From: an uncultured Verrucomicrobiae bacterium
GTDB taxonomy: Bacteria > Verrucomicrobiota > Verrucomicrobiia > Chthoniobacterales > UBA10450
NCBI GenBank assembly: GCA_963815455.1
Contig: CAWFGO010000001.1
Span: 160,001 to 224,000, forward strand
Length of the DNA: 64,000 nucleotides
Direction: 5' to 3'
Both the position numbers and the translations under genes were made by a program. The notes beneath the pieces were generated by a model that was not told where the DNA came from, ran no database searches, and saw only the letters and a list, made by a program, of their open reading frames with translations. This document shows positions 32,718 to 42,876 of this stretch, piece by piece (positions within the stretch are counted from its first letter, which is position 1; each line of letters starts with the position of its first letter).

Positions 32718-34323
32718 ATGAAAACTCCTGTTTCCGTTTTGTCGCAAATTCGTCTTTTTTCGGGCATCGCTCTCGTCGTTTTGGGTGCGGCTGTCGCGGT
32801 CTGCGACCTGAGCGGGCAATCTACAAAATCCACATCGGCCGGGCCGACCGGTCTCGGTGTCGGCGCCGATGGGATTTCGTCTATAGACAGCTGGTCCAAT
32901 GGCGCCAACCTGCCGACCAATCTCGTTCGCGCCGTTGGCATTTATTTCCCGGCCAACGGTCTCTTCTACGCCATGGGCGGACGCACCAGCGATACCGCTG
33001 GCAGCGACTCCATTCACCCGCTCGAATACAATCCCGGCGGCAAACACCTGGACGACTAAGGCCGCAACTTTTCCCGATAACCAAATGAATAACATGGCCT
33101 GCGGCGTTCTCACCGTGGGCGGCGTCCCGCAGATTTACTGCGTCGGCGGCTCGGCGGCCGGCGCCGCCGTTGCCACTGCCCGTGTGTTTAGCTACAACCC
33201 GGTGACCGATACAATCACGACCCTGACGGCGCCCGATAACTGGCCGGGCAACGCTGGCGGCGCCATCCTCCCGGGCGGATTCGCGGTGGTCGCGAACAAG
33301 CTCTACATCATGGGCGGGTTCAATATTAACGTAGGAATGACTTCGGAAACGTGGCAGTTCGATCCAACCCTCGCGATTGGATCGCGCTGGCTTCAGCGCA
33401 TGAACTATCCCGCCCAACGCGGTTACATCCCCGCGGCCGCCATTGGCGGGTTCATTTATACCGGAGGCGGCTCCCTCTGGGACGGCACGACCATTGTAGA
33501 CAGCGCCGATTCTTTCAGGTACGACCCCGTCGCCAATGTCTGGAGCGCCATCGCCAGCATAACGAGAGCGACAGGCGAAACGCGGGCCGTCGTGGTTAAT
33601 AACCAAATGTGGATTTTGGGCGGCGGGAGAACCGCGCCCAATCCATCCAATGAAGTCGACATCTATACTCCCGGCACCGGCATGTGGAGCCACGGGACAG
33701 ATTTCGTTACTGTTCGACGAAATTTCCCGGCCGATAGCGATGGCACCCGGGTCTGGCTGGCCGGCGGCTACGACAGCACCGGCACCGGGTTCGTGATGTC
33801 GACGGAAAGATTCACGGTCCCCACGGCCCTGACCGCCGTGTCGCGTAAGACGCATGGTGGAGCCGGCACGTTCGACATCAATCTTCCACTCTTCGGCAAC
33901 GTAGGAATTGAATGCCGCAACAGCGCAGGCGCACACACAATCGTGGTTACGTTCGCCACTTCGGTCACCGTCGGCGGTGCGACGGTAACTTCTGGTACCG
34001 GAGTCGCGGGCAGCCCTTCGGTGAGCGGGTCGCAGGTCACCGTCAATCTCACGGGCGTGACCAACGCTCAGAGACTCACGCTCACGCTGAACAACGTGAA
34101 CGACGGCACGAGCTCCGGCGATGTTCCAATTTCCATGGGCGTGCTGGCCGGCGATACCAATGGGAATAGTTCGGTCAACGCATCCGACGTGAGCCAGACC
34201 AAAGGCCAACTCGGCAACGGGGTCTCGGCCGCGAATTTCCGGAATGACGTAAACGTGAACGGCACACTCAACGCTTCGGATACGGCAATCGTAAAAGCGA
34301 ATCTGGGCACGGCGCTCCCGTAA
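32718..34323 (+). CDS. Secreted Kelch-repeat protein with a C-terminal SRKTHG-dockerin module (frameshift near 33045)
   Basis: YAMGG, YCVGG, YIMGG, YTGGG and WILGG repeats with YDP...W, plus dockerin repeats. Confidence 0.85.
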
Positions 34324-34462
34324 TAATCCAGATTGAGACAGCTGCGTCCGGGTTGGAACCGCCGGTGCAGGCGGCATCTGCTTCGGTAGGGCAAATGCGA
34401 GGACACGTTCCGGCTGCACTTGCCTTTCCTTTCATGCGACAGATGTTGCCGCTCCTAATCAT

Positions 34463-36598
34463 ATGAAATCCTTACTCCTCTGCCTGCTACTGGTTCTTGT
34501 CGCCCTAAGCACAAACCTTTCCGCTTCCGACCTGAAAACGATCGATGATTTCCGCGACGCCGCAGCCAAAGCGAATGCCGTTCTGACCATTCCCGACTGG
34601 GAACAAACGCCGGAAGCGGTTGAGAAATCCGTAAACGACGCAATCGCGAAGGCAAATAAAGCGCTGGATGCGATCGGCGCGCAGGATCCCAAGAAGGTCA
34701 CGTTCGAGAGCACCGTCGTCGCGTTGGACGATTTGGGCTACGAGGCCGGAAATGCGGCCAACAAAGCGGTCGTGATCAAGGAATCGAACACCAACGAGGC
34801 GATGCGGACCGCGGGCGAAAACGCGGTCAAGGTTTTCCAGGATTGGGCCGTCGGAGTCGATTATCGCGAGGACGTTTACAAAGCGGTCAAGGCGTTCGCC
34901 GATACCAAGCCGAAACTCTCCGGTGAAGACAAGAAATTGCTCGATGAAACATTGCGCGACTACCGCCGGGCCGGCCTGGCTTTGCCGCCGGAGAAACGCA
35001 AAGAGGTCGAAGATTTGCGCAAACAACTGGCCAAACTGGGCACCGACTTCGACACCAACATCGTCAATGCGAAAACGCCGATGGTGTTCACAAAGGCGGA
35101 GCTCGATGGGTTGCCGGAAAGCTTTCTTGCCGCGCCCGGAATCAAGACCGGCGACGACGCCTACACGGTAATGGCCAATGTAACCTGGCAATATCGCACC
35201 GTTGAGGAAAACGCGAAAAACGAAGCGACCCGCAAAAAACTCAACGTCGCCCGTTACACTCTGGCCAAGGACACCAACGTCTCCGTTCTCAATCAAATGC
35301 TGGCGCTACGAAACAAGATCGCGCTCCGGCTCGATTACAAGTCGTGGGACGATTATCAGACCGAGATCAAAATGGCGAAGACCGGCGCCAACGCCAAGAA
35401 ATACATCAATGATTTGATTGCCGGCATTCAGCCGAAGTTCGCCGCCGAAATCTCCGATCTGCAAAAAATGAAAGCCGCCGATACAAACGATCCCAAAGTC
35501 AAGATCGACCACTGGGACTGGCGGTACTATGACAACCAGCTGGTTAAGCAGAAGTTCAACGTCGATAAGGAAGAGCTCCGCAATTTTTTCCCGCTCGACA
35601 AAGTTCTTCAGGGGATGTTCGACATTTATCAGAACATTTTCGGGCTAAAATTCTATCAGATCGCTGCGCCCTACAAATGGATCGACGATCTTCAACTATA
35701 CGTCGTGACAGACTCCGCCACCGGCGAGCCGCTCGGGTTGTTTTACCTCGACATGTTCCCGCGCGAAGGAAAATTCAATCACTTCGCTGAGTTCGAGATC
35801 GTCGGCGGCAAACAGCTTTCCGGCGGAAAGTATCAGCGGCCAACCGTGACGCTGCTCTGCAATTTTCCGCCAGCGAGCGGGGATAAACCGTCACTCATGA
35901 CCCACACCGATGTGGAGACGCTCTTCCATGAGTTCGGTCACGTGCTGCATACCATCACCACACGCGCAAAGTATGGCCGGTTCGCCGGAACACATGTGCC
36001 GGGCGATTTCGTGGAAGCGCCTTCGCAAATGTTACAGAACTGGGTCTGGGACAAACAAGTGCTCGACACTTTTGCCGCCGATTATCGCGATCCGTCGAAG
36101 AAAATTCCGGCCGAAATGATCCAGAAAATGAACGACGCGAAACTGGCGACTGCGGGCGTGTTTTACCGGCGACAGTTCGCCTTCGCCTCGATCGACATGA
36201 CCCTGCATGACGTTCATCCCGAGAACGCGCCCTACGATTGCGTGGCCATGTCGAACCCGGTCCTGCAGAGAGTTTTTCTGCCGATCGATCCCGACACGAC
36301 CTTCGTTACTTACTTTGGGCATTTGAATGGATATGACGCCGGCTACTACGGTTACGCCTGGGCCGATGCGATCGCCGCGGACATGGCCACCGTCTTCGAA
36401 AAAGCGAAAGGCAAATATCTCGATCGCGATGCCGGTCTGCGCTTGCGCCACGAAATCTACGAGCAGGGCGCCGGGCGCGACGTATCGTTGTCGATCGAAA
36501 AATTCCTCGGACGCAAACAATCGGTCCAGCCGTTCCTGAAACGGCTCGGCATCGGCGCGGAAGAGAAAAAGAAGACGCCGGAAAATCCAAAGAAATAG
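34463..36598 (+). CDS. Secreted M3A metallopeptidase, paralog B
   Basis: LFHEFGH, DFVEAPSQMLQNW and FGHLNGYDAGYYGYAW. Collinear with the gene at 22748. Confidence 0.93.
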   Translation: MKSLLLCLLLVLVALSTNLSASDLKTIDDFRDAAAKANAVLTIPDWEQTPEAVEKSVNDAIAKANKALDAIGAQDPKKVTFESTVVALDDLGYEAGNAANKAVVIKESNTNEAMRTAGENAVKVFQDWAVGVDYREDVYKAVKAFADTKPKLSGEDKKLLDETLRDYRRAGLALPPEKRKEVEDLRKQLAKLGTDFDTNIVNAKTPMVFTKAELDGLPESFLAAPGIKTGDDAYTVMANVTWQYRTVEENAKNEATRKKLNVARYTLAKDTNVSVLNQMLALRNKIALRLDYKSWDDYQTEIKMAKTGANAKKYINDLIAGIQPKFAAEISDLQKMKAADTNDPKVKIDHWDWRYYDNQLVKQKFNVDKEELRNFFPLDKVLQGMFDIYQNIFGLKFYQIAAPYKWIDDLQLYVVTDSATGEPLGLFYLDMFPREGKFNHFAEFEIVGGKQLSGGKYQRPTVTLLCNFPPASGDKPSLMTHTDVETLFHEFGHVLHTITTRAKYGRFAGTHVPGDFVEAPSQMLQNWVWDKQVLDTFAADYRDPSKKIPAEMIQKMNDAKLATAGVFYRRQFAFASIDMTLHDVHPENAPYDCVAMSNPVLQRVFLPIDPDTTFVTYFGHLNGYDAGYYGYAWADAIAADMATVFEKAKGKYLDRDAGLRLRHEIYEQGAGRDVSLSIEKFLGRKQSVQPFLKRLGIGAEEKKKTPENPKK

Positions 36599-36987
36599 AT
36601 TTCCATTAATCCAGTGAAGATCCGTCGCTCCCACCCAAGCCGGATTAGACCCAAAACTGAGACATTTCTCTTGAAAGACCCAATTTTTGGACCGAATTCT
36701 CGTTAGGCGCGAGATCACGCATTGTGAATGAAAAAACGGACCTCCATATTATTGCTGGTCGAAGAGCCGCTCCATCCCGCCAGTGGAGCGTAAGGTTATG
36801 TTCGATGGAGCCATTCGCCTAACCCCTATGAAGGGTGTCAACGGTGAATAGTAGAAAGTTGAGGGCAAACCAGAGTTCGTTTCTTCAGTGGAAGGCTCGT
36901 AGTAAGAGTGGTGACTGATCTCGTTCGCGGCACGCCACTGGAACGGCTATCGTTCCGACGACATCAGCGCAATAAAGGAAAATACCC

Positions 36988-37302
36988 ATGAAATACATGC
37001 TCACTTGGTCGGAACGTCCGCAAGGCTCACCGATCGAATACGAGAATGCCCAGAAACGGATCCTGGAGGTTTTCACGCAATGGAAAGCTCCGGCCAATTT
37101 CAAGATCGAGCTGTTCGTGATCCGGGTCGGTGATTGGGGTGGGTATATGATGCTGGATTGCGATGATCCCGCTGCGGTCCACAAGTTTTGCTCGATGTTG
37201 CCGGCGTTTGTTTTTGAGGCGCGCCCGGTGATTCCAATCGAAGATGCTGTCCGAGTCGAATTGGAATCCATCGCCTTTCGTGATGGACTTAAAAGCAAGT
37301 AA
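36988..37302 (+). CDS. DUF3303-like small protein
   Basis: MKYMLTW...ILEVFTQW...GGYMMLDCDD...FEARPVIPIEDA. AAGGA RBS. Confidence 0.7.
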   Translation: MKYMLTWSERPQGSPIEYENAQKRILEVFTQWKAPANFKIELFVIRVGDWGGYMMLDCDDPAAVHKFCSMLPAFVFEARPVIPIEDAVRVELESIAFRDGLKSK

Positions 37303-37632
37303 CGTGGGAAAACGATCCCGTCGCATTCACGTAGCAGAATCGGCGACGCTTCCTCAGGCTTCCGTTCGCGGCCGGGCTACGGCGCGCGTTGTCACCTCTA
37401 CCAGTTGACCAGCTCGTAGCGGCTTCTCAATAAAAAGAAAACTCTCCACCGGTATTCACAGGGAACCGCCAGACCCAAATCTTTGACAAACGCCTTGGTG
37501 AATCCGTTCACTCGAAGAATTGCAGTGGGAGCAGACGCCCTTTCCAGCTCTTGACTGGCTTGAGAAAATCGAACTTGCTGTTAGTTGATTGCGCCCTTCG
37601 AGTCGTAAATCCATTGGCGGGCTTTTTTCTGC

Positions 37633-38793
37633 ATGTCAGTTGGCCATTCCATTCCAATCCCGCACGGAATCGCGAAAATCGTTTCGCTGGCCGAGCTTCA
37701 GGACTGCGAAGCCTGGCCGCGCGCGTTTCAGGACAAAGCGAAAGATCATCGCTACTACGAGATCGTCGAACGCACTTTGCGCGATGGGTTCGAGCATCAT
37801 TACGTCGTTCTCGAAGATGGCTCCCGTCGCATCCGCGGCGTTCAACCGGTTTTCTTTGTCCGGCAGAATCTTGTCGAAGGGGTGCCGGCGCTCCGGGCGA
37901 TTGTCGATCTTATCCGCAAAATATTTCCGCGGTTCCTCACGATGCGCGTGTTGATGGTCGGCTGTGCGGCCGGCGCGGGCGAATTGGGAACCGCCGAACC
38001 GGCGAACGACGAATGGGTGGCCGGCGCGCTGCCGGCTGCCCTGTTGCCCTTCGCCCGGCAAAATAAAGCATCGCTGATCGTGCTAAAGGATTTCCCGGCC
38101 AGATATCGTTCGAGCCTGGAGATCTTGCGCCAAGACGGTTACGCCCGAATCCCGAGCATGCCGATGACGCGGCTTTCGCTCAATCACGCCAGCTTCGCCG
38201 ATTACCTGGCCACGATCGGTTACGTGACCCGGAAAAGTTTGCGCCGAAAATTTCGGAAAGCCGAGCGCGCGGCGAAGATCGACATGGAAGTCGTCACCGA
38301 CGTCACGCCGCAGATCGATGAGATTTATCCGCTCTATCTTCAGGTGCACGAGCGGTCGCAATTGAAGTTCGAGACGTTGACCAAAGATTATTTTCGACAG
38401 ATCGGCCAGCGAATGCCGGACCGGGCGCGGTTTTTCATTTGGCAACAGAATGGGAAGATTATCGCGTTCACGCTTTGCCTCGTTCATGGCGACACCATTT
38501 ACGACGAATGCCTCGGGCTCGATTACAGCGTGGCGCTTGATTTGCATCTCTACTTTTATACGCTGCGCGACGTGATCAGTTGGGCGATCACAAACGGGCT
38601 GCGTCAATATCTCAGCGGCCCGCTCAATTACGATCCGAAGCTGCATCTCCGTCACGAACTCGCGCCGCTCGATCTTTATGTGATGCACACGCGGCCGATG
38701 TTGGACGCAATTTTCCGGCGTGTGGTAAAATACCTCGAACCGACCCGGCACGATCCGGTGCTGAAGCAATTTCCGAATGCGGATCAGATGTGA
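37633..38793 (+). CDS. GNAT/FemAB-like acyltransferase
   Basis: FADYLATI...RKSLRRKFRK, GLDY...LYF and GPLNYDPKLHL, a duplicated GNAT fold pattern. Confidence 0.78.
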   Translation: MSVGHSIPIPHGIAKIVSLAELQDCEAWPRAFQDKAKDHRYYEIVERTLRDGFEHHYVVLEDGSRRIRGVQPVFFVRQNLVEGVPALRAIVDLIRKIFPRFLTMRVLMVGCAAGAGELGTAEPANDEWVAGALPAALLPFARQNKASLIVLKDFPARYRSSLEILRQDGYARIPSMPMTRLSLNHASFADYLATIGYVTRKSLRRKFRKAERAAKIDMEVVTDVTPQIDEIYPLYLQVHERSQLKFETLTKDYFRQIGQRMPDRARFFIWQQNGKIIAFTLCLVHGDTIYDECLGLDYSVALDLHLYFYTLRDVISWAITNGLRQYLSGPLNYDPKLHLRHELAPLDLYVMHTRPMLDAIFRRVVKYLEPTRHDPVLKQFPNADQM

Positions 38794-38821
38794 TCGTTAT
38801 TTTGTGAACACGTAGCCGTTT

Positions 38822-39252
38822 GTCATCTGAGCGAAGCGAAGGCAGACAATACTCACAAGCAACCATGCGACCCGGATTTTGTGTTGCTCGGCTTTTCAAA
38901 TTCGACCGTGAGGTCCCTCGCTGCGCTCGGGATGACAGAAGGGGTTGTGCGCGTGGTTATCGTCCTAGCGTGCGAGCAACGGAAACCCGGCGTCACATGC
39001 TTGTCATCCTGAGGCCGCCATTGCGGCCGAAGGACCCCGCGAGTAGAGATTACGCTCGCGAACCGCAATGCGATCATGCTTCCAGTATGGCTCGGCTTTC
39101 TACGTGCGACCGTGAGGTCCCTCGCTTCGCTCGGGATGACTGAATGTTTCGCTTGTGCGTTGGGCCTTCGCTTGTGAATTGTGAAAAATGAGAGATTCTT
39201 CCCAGCCTTCGCATGACGCTACGGCGCGGCAGGCGACTGCGCCTGGGATGAC
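38822..39252. repeat. Tandem cluster of GTCAT...ATGAC elements (38822-38936, 39003-39140, partial 39190-39252)
   Basis: The first two end CGACCGTGAGGTCCCTCGCT(G/T)CGCTCGGGATGAC; the third ends GGGATGAC. Confidence 0.8.
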
Positions 39253-39652
39253 AGGAAAACCTTCCGGATTTCGCAATCCCTGGCTGCATCTCGCGCTTAG
39301 TGTTCTTTGCGTATTTTTCTCCGAGCTACTCTTGAAGCGTGGCGCCTCCGACGTGGCGGCCCCCGATAGCGCGCTTTCCTGGACCGGGATCAACGGTCTT
39401 CTTTCACCGCTGGTTTGGTGGGCGATCCTGCTGATCCTGGCCAGCTTCGTGACCTGGCTTTACGTATTGAAATACATTCCGCTCTCGATCGCTTTTCCAT
39501 TGTCCCGAGTTGTCGATGTTCTCGTTCCCGTGGGCTGCTGGATTTTTCTGGGCGAAATGGTTTCGGTCTGGCGCTGGTGCGGCATCGCTCTGGTCGTGAT
39601 CGGACTTGCCATCATCGCCAAGCCGGTGGCGCGACTAGGTCAACGTTTATGA
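39248..39652 (+). CDS. EamA/SMR (ArnF-like) 4-TM transporter subunit
   Basis: SELLLKRG, WLYVLKYIPLSIAFP and FLGEMVS.WRW.GI motifs. Confidence 0.8.
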   Translation: MTGKPSGFRNPWLHLALSVLCVFFSELLLKRGASDVAAPDSALSWTGINGLLSPLVWWAILLILASFVTWLYVLKYIPLSIAFPLSRVVDVLVPVGCWIFLGEMVSVWRWCGIALVVIGLAIIAKPVARLGQRL

Positions 39653-39990
39653 GTTTTCTCGCGCTGACTCTCATTCTCATCGCCTTGGTGGCATTCGTGG
39701 GAGGACAGATTCTCCTGAAACACGCAATGGCGCCGGCCTCCCCCGGCCTAACCAGGCCCCGATTCATTGCCCTTTTGGCCGCGGGAATTTTCCTGATGAC
39801 CATCTCGTTCTTTCTCACCCTCGGATTGCTCCAGCGATTCGATCTCAGCTATCTCTATCCGTTCCAGGGACTCAGCACGATCATCATCAGCTTGATGGCG
39901 GCCGTTCTGCTGAAGGAAAAACTCACGCTTCGATTGACCATTGGGGCGCTATTGATCAGCGCCGGGGTAATCCTGGTTTCACTGAGCTAA
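39649..39990 (+). CDS. EamA/SMR (ArnE-like) 4-TM transporter subunit
   Basis: GQILLKHA, DLSYLYPF and LKEKLT...G..LI.AGV. ATGA overlap with the previous gene. Confidence 0.8.
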   Translation: MSFLALTLILIALVAFVGGQILLKHAMAPASPGLTRPRFIALLAAGIFLMTISFFLTLGLLQRFDLSYLYPFQGLSTIIISLMAAVLLKEKLTLRLTIGALLISAGVILVSLS

Positions 39991-40827
39991 CGCCGGCCAA
40001 AGTTTCTCGAGCGTAGCGAAATTGATTCTGCGAATTTCATCCGGACTCCGCTCCGGCAATTTCGGATGATCGAATTCGGAAGCGAACCGTTGTTTCCAGC
40101 GCGCATAGCTGGGCCGGGAAAACGCGCCGCAAATATCGCCGCCCACAATCCGGCAGCGTTTTCTTAATTCCGTCAGCGCCCAGATAAGATCGACAACTTC
40201 AAAACGGCCGTTTTCCCAATTGGTCACGGCTTCCTCGGCCCGAAGGCAATCCAAATCGATGGTGACATAGACATTCGCGCTCTCAAGATTCCGGGCGAAT
40301 TCCTCGAAATGCTCCCGCCAATTTTCTCGCAACATCGCGCCACGCCGTTGTCGATCCTTCACCGGACGATCGTCGGCCCAGGGATGAACTTCCAGCTTGC
40401 CCGCGCGTTCGGCGCGGCGGTTCCCGAAAAGCTGATGCGGCCACCAACACTCGAAATTTCCGCAACCCCAGACACTGATCTTCTGCACGCGCGGAATTTC
40501 CAGCGCGCGATTCACCCAGCCGCCACAGCCCCATTTGGGCGGACGAATATCCCAGTCGGGATGATTGTCGAACGAGACCAGAACGATCGGCTGCGTGGCG
40601 CGGCGGGCCCAGAGCGCGGTCAGGTAATGAAAATCGCCGGAACCAAAAAGTAAAAACGGCGCGAGCCGCGACTCGTTTCCCTGGTAGAAATTCTCGACCA
40701 AATGAGGCGGCGCGGAGAACCGCAGCTGCGGTCCCCATTCGCGCAAATCCAGTGTCGGCAAGCCGAGCGGCTCGCCCAGCCATGCGTTATCCAGGTTGAG
40801 ATGTAGAGCGATGGAAGAAATGTCCAT
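39979..40827 (-). CDS. Arginase/deacetylase-fold metallohydrolase
   Basis: GSGDFHY, FDNHPD, VYVTIDLDCL and GGDICG metal-ligand motifs. Confidence 0.78.
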   Translation of the reverse strand: MDISSIALHLNLDNAWLGEPLGLPTLDLREWGPQLRFSAPPHLVENFYQGNESRLAPFLLFGSGDFHYLTALWARRATQPIVLVSFDNHPDWDIRPPKWGCGGWVNRALEIPRVQKISVWGCGNFECWWPHQLFGNRRAERAGKLEVHPWADDRPVKDRQRRGAMLRENWREHFEEFARNLESANVYVTIDLDCLRAEEAVTNWENGRFEVVDLIWALTELRKRCRIVGGDICGAFSRPSYARWKQRFASEFDHPKLPERSPDEIRRINFATLEKLWPALAQ

Positions 40828-40990
40828 GGTGGGACCGCGGATTATCCGCCTTCGCCAAAGCTACGGCGCGACCGGGCACGGATAGTGCGGATTTGAAGAG
40901 AAATCCAGACTTCGTTCGATCCATTAATCCCTACAGAATCGACATCTTTCATGCGCGCACCGTCGCGACTGGGCGCGAAATGTAGGTGAA

Positions 40991-41458
40991 ATGACGAAAA
41001 ACGATCGGTCGAAAAAGCCCGAGGAGCAGACAACCTTCTTTTGCACGGTCCAGGAGGCCTTTCGGGTCTTCGCCCGTCAGTCGTCAATTGTTCTGGGCAC
41101 GGCCTGGACCTTCACGGTCGCCGTGCTCATCATCGCCGTGTGGGCGGTGACCGGACCCACGTTTCACTTTTCCGATACCTGGCAGCTCGTTATCAACACC
41201 GGCACGACCATCGTGACATTTCTGATGGTGTTCATCATTCAAAACACCCAGAACCGCGACGCCAAGGCCATTCACTTGAAACTCGATGAATTGATCCGCG
41301 CGCTCAAAGGTGCACGGAATAAATTGGTCGACTTGGAGGAACTCTCCGATGAGGAGCTAAAAACGCTCGAGGAAGAATTTCAGCGCCTTCATAAAAAAGC
41401 CAACGGATCGGCGCATAGGAACGCCAAGCCGGCTCCAAAACAACCGGTTCAGCGTTAG
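40991..41458 (+). CDS. Low-affinity iron permease (Fet4-like) family protein
   Basis: FSDTWQLVINTGTTIVTFLMVFIIQNTQNRD..AIHLKLDELI. Confidence 0.9.
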   Translation: MTKNDRSKKPEEQTTFFCTVQEAFRVFARQSSIVLGTAWTFTVAVLIIAVWAVTGPTFHFSDTWQLVINTGTTIVTFLMVFIIQNTQNRDAKAIHLKLDELIRALKGARNKLVDLEELSDEELKTLEEEFQRLHKKANGSAHRNAKPAPKQPVQR

Positions 41459-42114
41459 CTGGCGCTTTCGCCCGATCGCAGGAAACGTTTACCGCTCGGG
41501 CAAAGCCGAAAAACTTCGCATTGGCTGCAATCGGGCTTCCGCGCATAGCAGCGACGCCGGCCATGCCAGATCAACCAGTGACTCCAAATCGCCCAATGCT
41601 CGCGCGGAACGAGTTTCATCAAGTCGCGCTCGATCTTTTCCGGGTCTTTATGTTTCGTGAGGCCAAGCCGCTGCGACAGCCGGATCACGTGGGTATCGAC
41701 GACAATTCCCTCATTTTTTCCAAACGCGTTGCCCAGGACGACGTTTGCTGTCTTGCGTCCGACGCCGGGTAATTCGCGAAGCTCTTCCATTGTCGATGGA
41801 ACTTTGCCACCGAATTTTTTTGCGATTGTCGATGTTGCCGCGCGGATGCTCTTGGTCTTGTTCCGATAAAACCCGGTGGATTTGATTGCCTTCTCCAGTT
41901 CGGATTGCGGCGCGCTCGCGTAATCCTTCGCGGTTCGATATTTCTTGAATAGCGCCGGCGTAACCATGTTGACCCGTTTATCGGTGCACTGAGCCGAGAG
42001 AATGGTCGCAATCAGCAACTCCAGCGGATTCTTGAAATCCAGTTCAGTATGCGCGTCCGGGTAAACCCGGGGCCAAATCTTAATCAGTTTGGCAACGCGT
42101 TCGCGAGCAGTCAC
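41455..42114 (-). CDS. nth: Endonuclease III
   Basis: LLIATILSAQCTD, HhH LPGVGRKTANVVL, VDTHV and the FeS motif C-x6-C-x2-C-x5-C. Probable GTG start at 42114. Confidence 0.95.
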   Translation of the reverse strand: MTARERVAKLIKIWPRVYPDAHTELDFKNPLELLIATILSAQCTDKRVNMVTPALFKKYRTAKDYASAPQSELEKAIKSTGFYRNKTKSIRAATSTIAKKFGGKVPSTMEELRELPGVGRKTANVVLGNAFGKNEGIVVDTHVIRLSQRLGLTKHKDPEKIERDLMKLVPREHWAIWSHWLIWHGRRRCYARKPDCSQCEVFRLCPSGKRFLRSGESAS

Positions 42115-42150
42115 TCGCGCATTATTCCCGCCGATGCCGATCTTGCAACT

Positions 42151-42222
42151 GTAGCCGCGGGCGCCGACCGCGGCCCTCGTGGCATCGCATTCTGAATGGC
42201 CGAGGTCAGCGCCCTCGGCTAC
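42151..42222. repeat. GTAG REPIN upstream of RAYT
   Basis: GTAGCCGCGGGCGCCGACCGCGGCC...GGCCGAGGTCAGCGCCCTCGGCTAC. Confidence 0.88.
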
Positions 42223-42230
42223 AACGAGGC

Positions 42231-42803
42231 ATGCACAAGCATTTTCGCCGTTTGGAGCGCAACTGGATTGAAGCTCCAATTTACTTCATCACCACGTGCA
42301 CACAGAATCGTTGCGCAATTCTCGCGCGCGACGAGGCCGCAGCGATCCTGACTGATGAATGGCGGAGTGCACACGCGCGGCACGGCTGGATTATCGGGCG
42401 CTATGTGATCATGCCCGATCATGTGCATTTTTTCTGTGCGCCTGAGCATGATGCAAAAAATCTGTCTGATTTTGTCGGCTTTTGGAAAAGCTACAGGAGC
42501 CGGAGAGTCAATGCGCTGGGTCGGCCGCGGTCAGCGCCCGCGGCTACAACCGGGCGTCAGCAAGGGTCCGTAGGCCCTGCGCAGTCATGTCCTCGGTCAG
42601 CGCCCGCGGCTACAACGGGACGTCACCGAGCGGCTCCAGCCCCAACGCTTTGGCAACGCGAATTTTTCGATCATCTTCTTCGCTCTAGCGAGAGCTATGA
42701 CCAAAAATGGAATTACGTTCGTGACAATCCCGTTCGCGCGGGGTTGGTATCGGATGCCGAGCATTGGAAACACGCCGGCGAAATCGCGGACCTGATGTTG
42801 TAG
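42231..42803 (+). mobile_element. rayT: REP-associated tyrosine transposase (RAYT, Y1 HUH)
   Basis: YFITTCT..R, YVIMPDHVH (HUH) and LWQREFFDHLLR...YVRDNPVRAGL. Flanked by REP doublets. Confidence 0.92.
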
Positions 42804-42876
42804 CCGCGGGCGCCGACCGCGGCCGACACTGGAAATAGTCATCTCTCGGATTGGCGAGATCGCGGCCCCTGGCTAC
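42800..42876. repeat. GTAG REPIN downstream of RAYT
   Basis: GTAGCCGCGGGCGCCGACCGCGGCC (identical to 42151) and a degenerate partner ending GGCTAC. Confidence 0.82.

Noticed and set aside
38822..39252. CRISPR array
   Set aside because: The units are long imperfect inverted repeats with irregular spacing, and there are no cas genes in the window.
42115..42279. N-terminal extension of nth in the ORF track
   Set aside because: It is read-through across the REPIN and the RAYT start. The homologous region begins near GTG 42114.
42231..42803. IS200/IS605 insertion sequence with TnpB
   Set aside because: There is no tnpB. The flanking GTAG REP doublets and the WQ..F.DH...NP motif indicate a RAYT.
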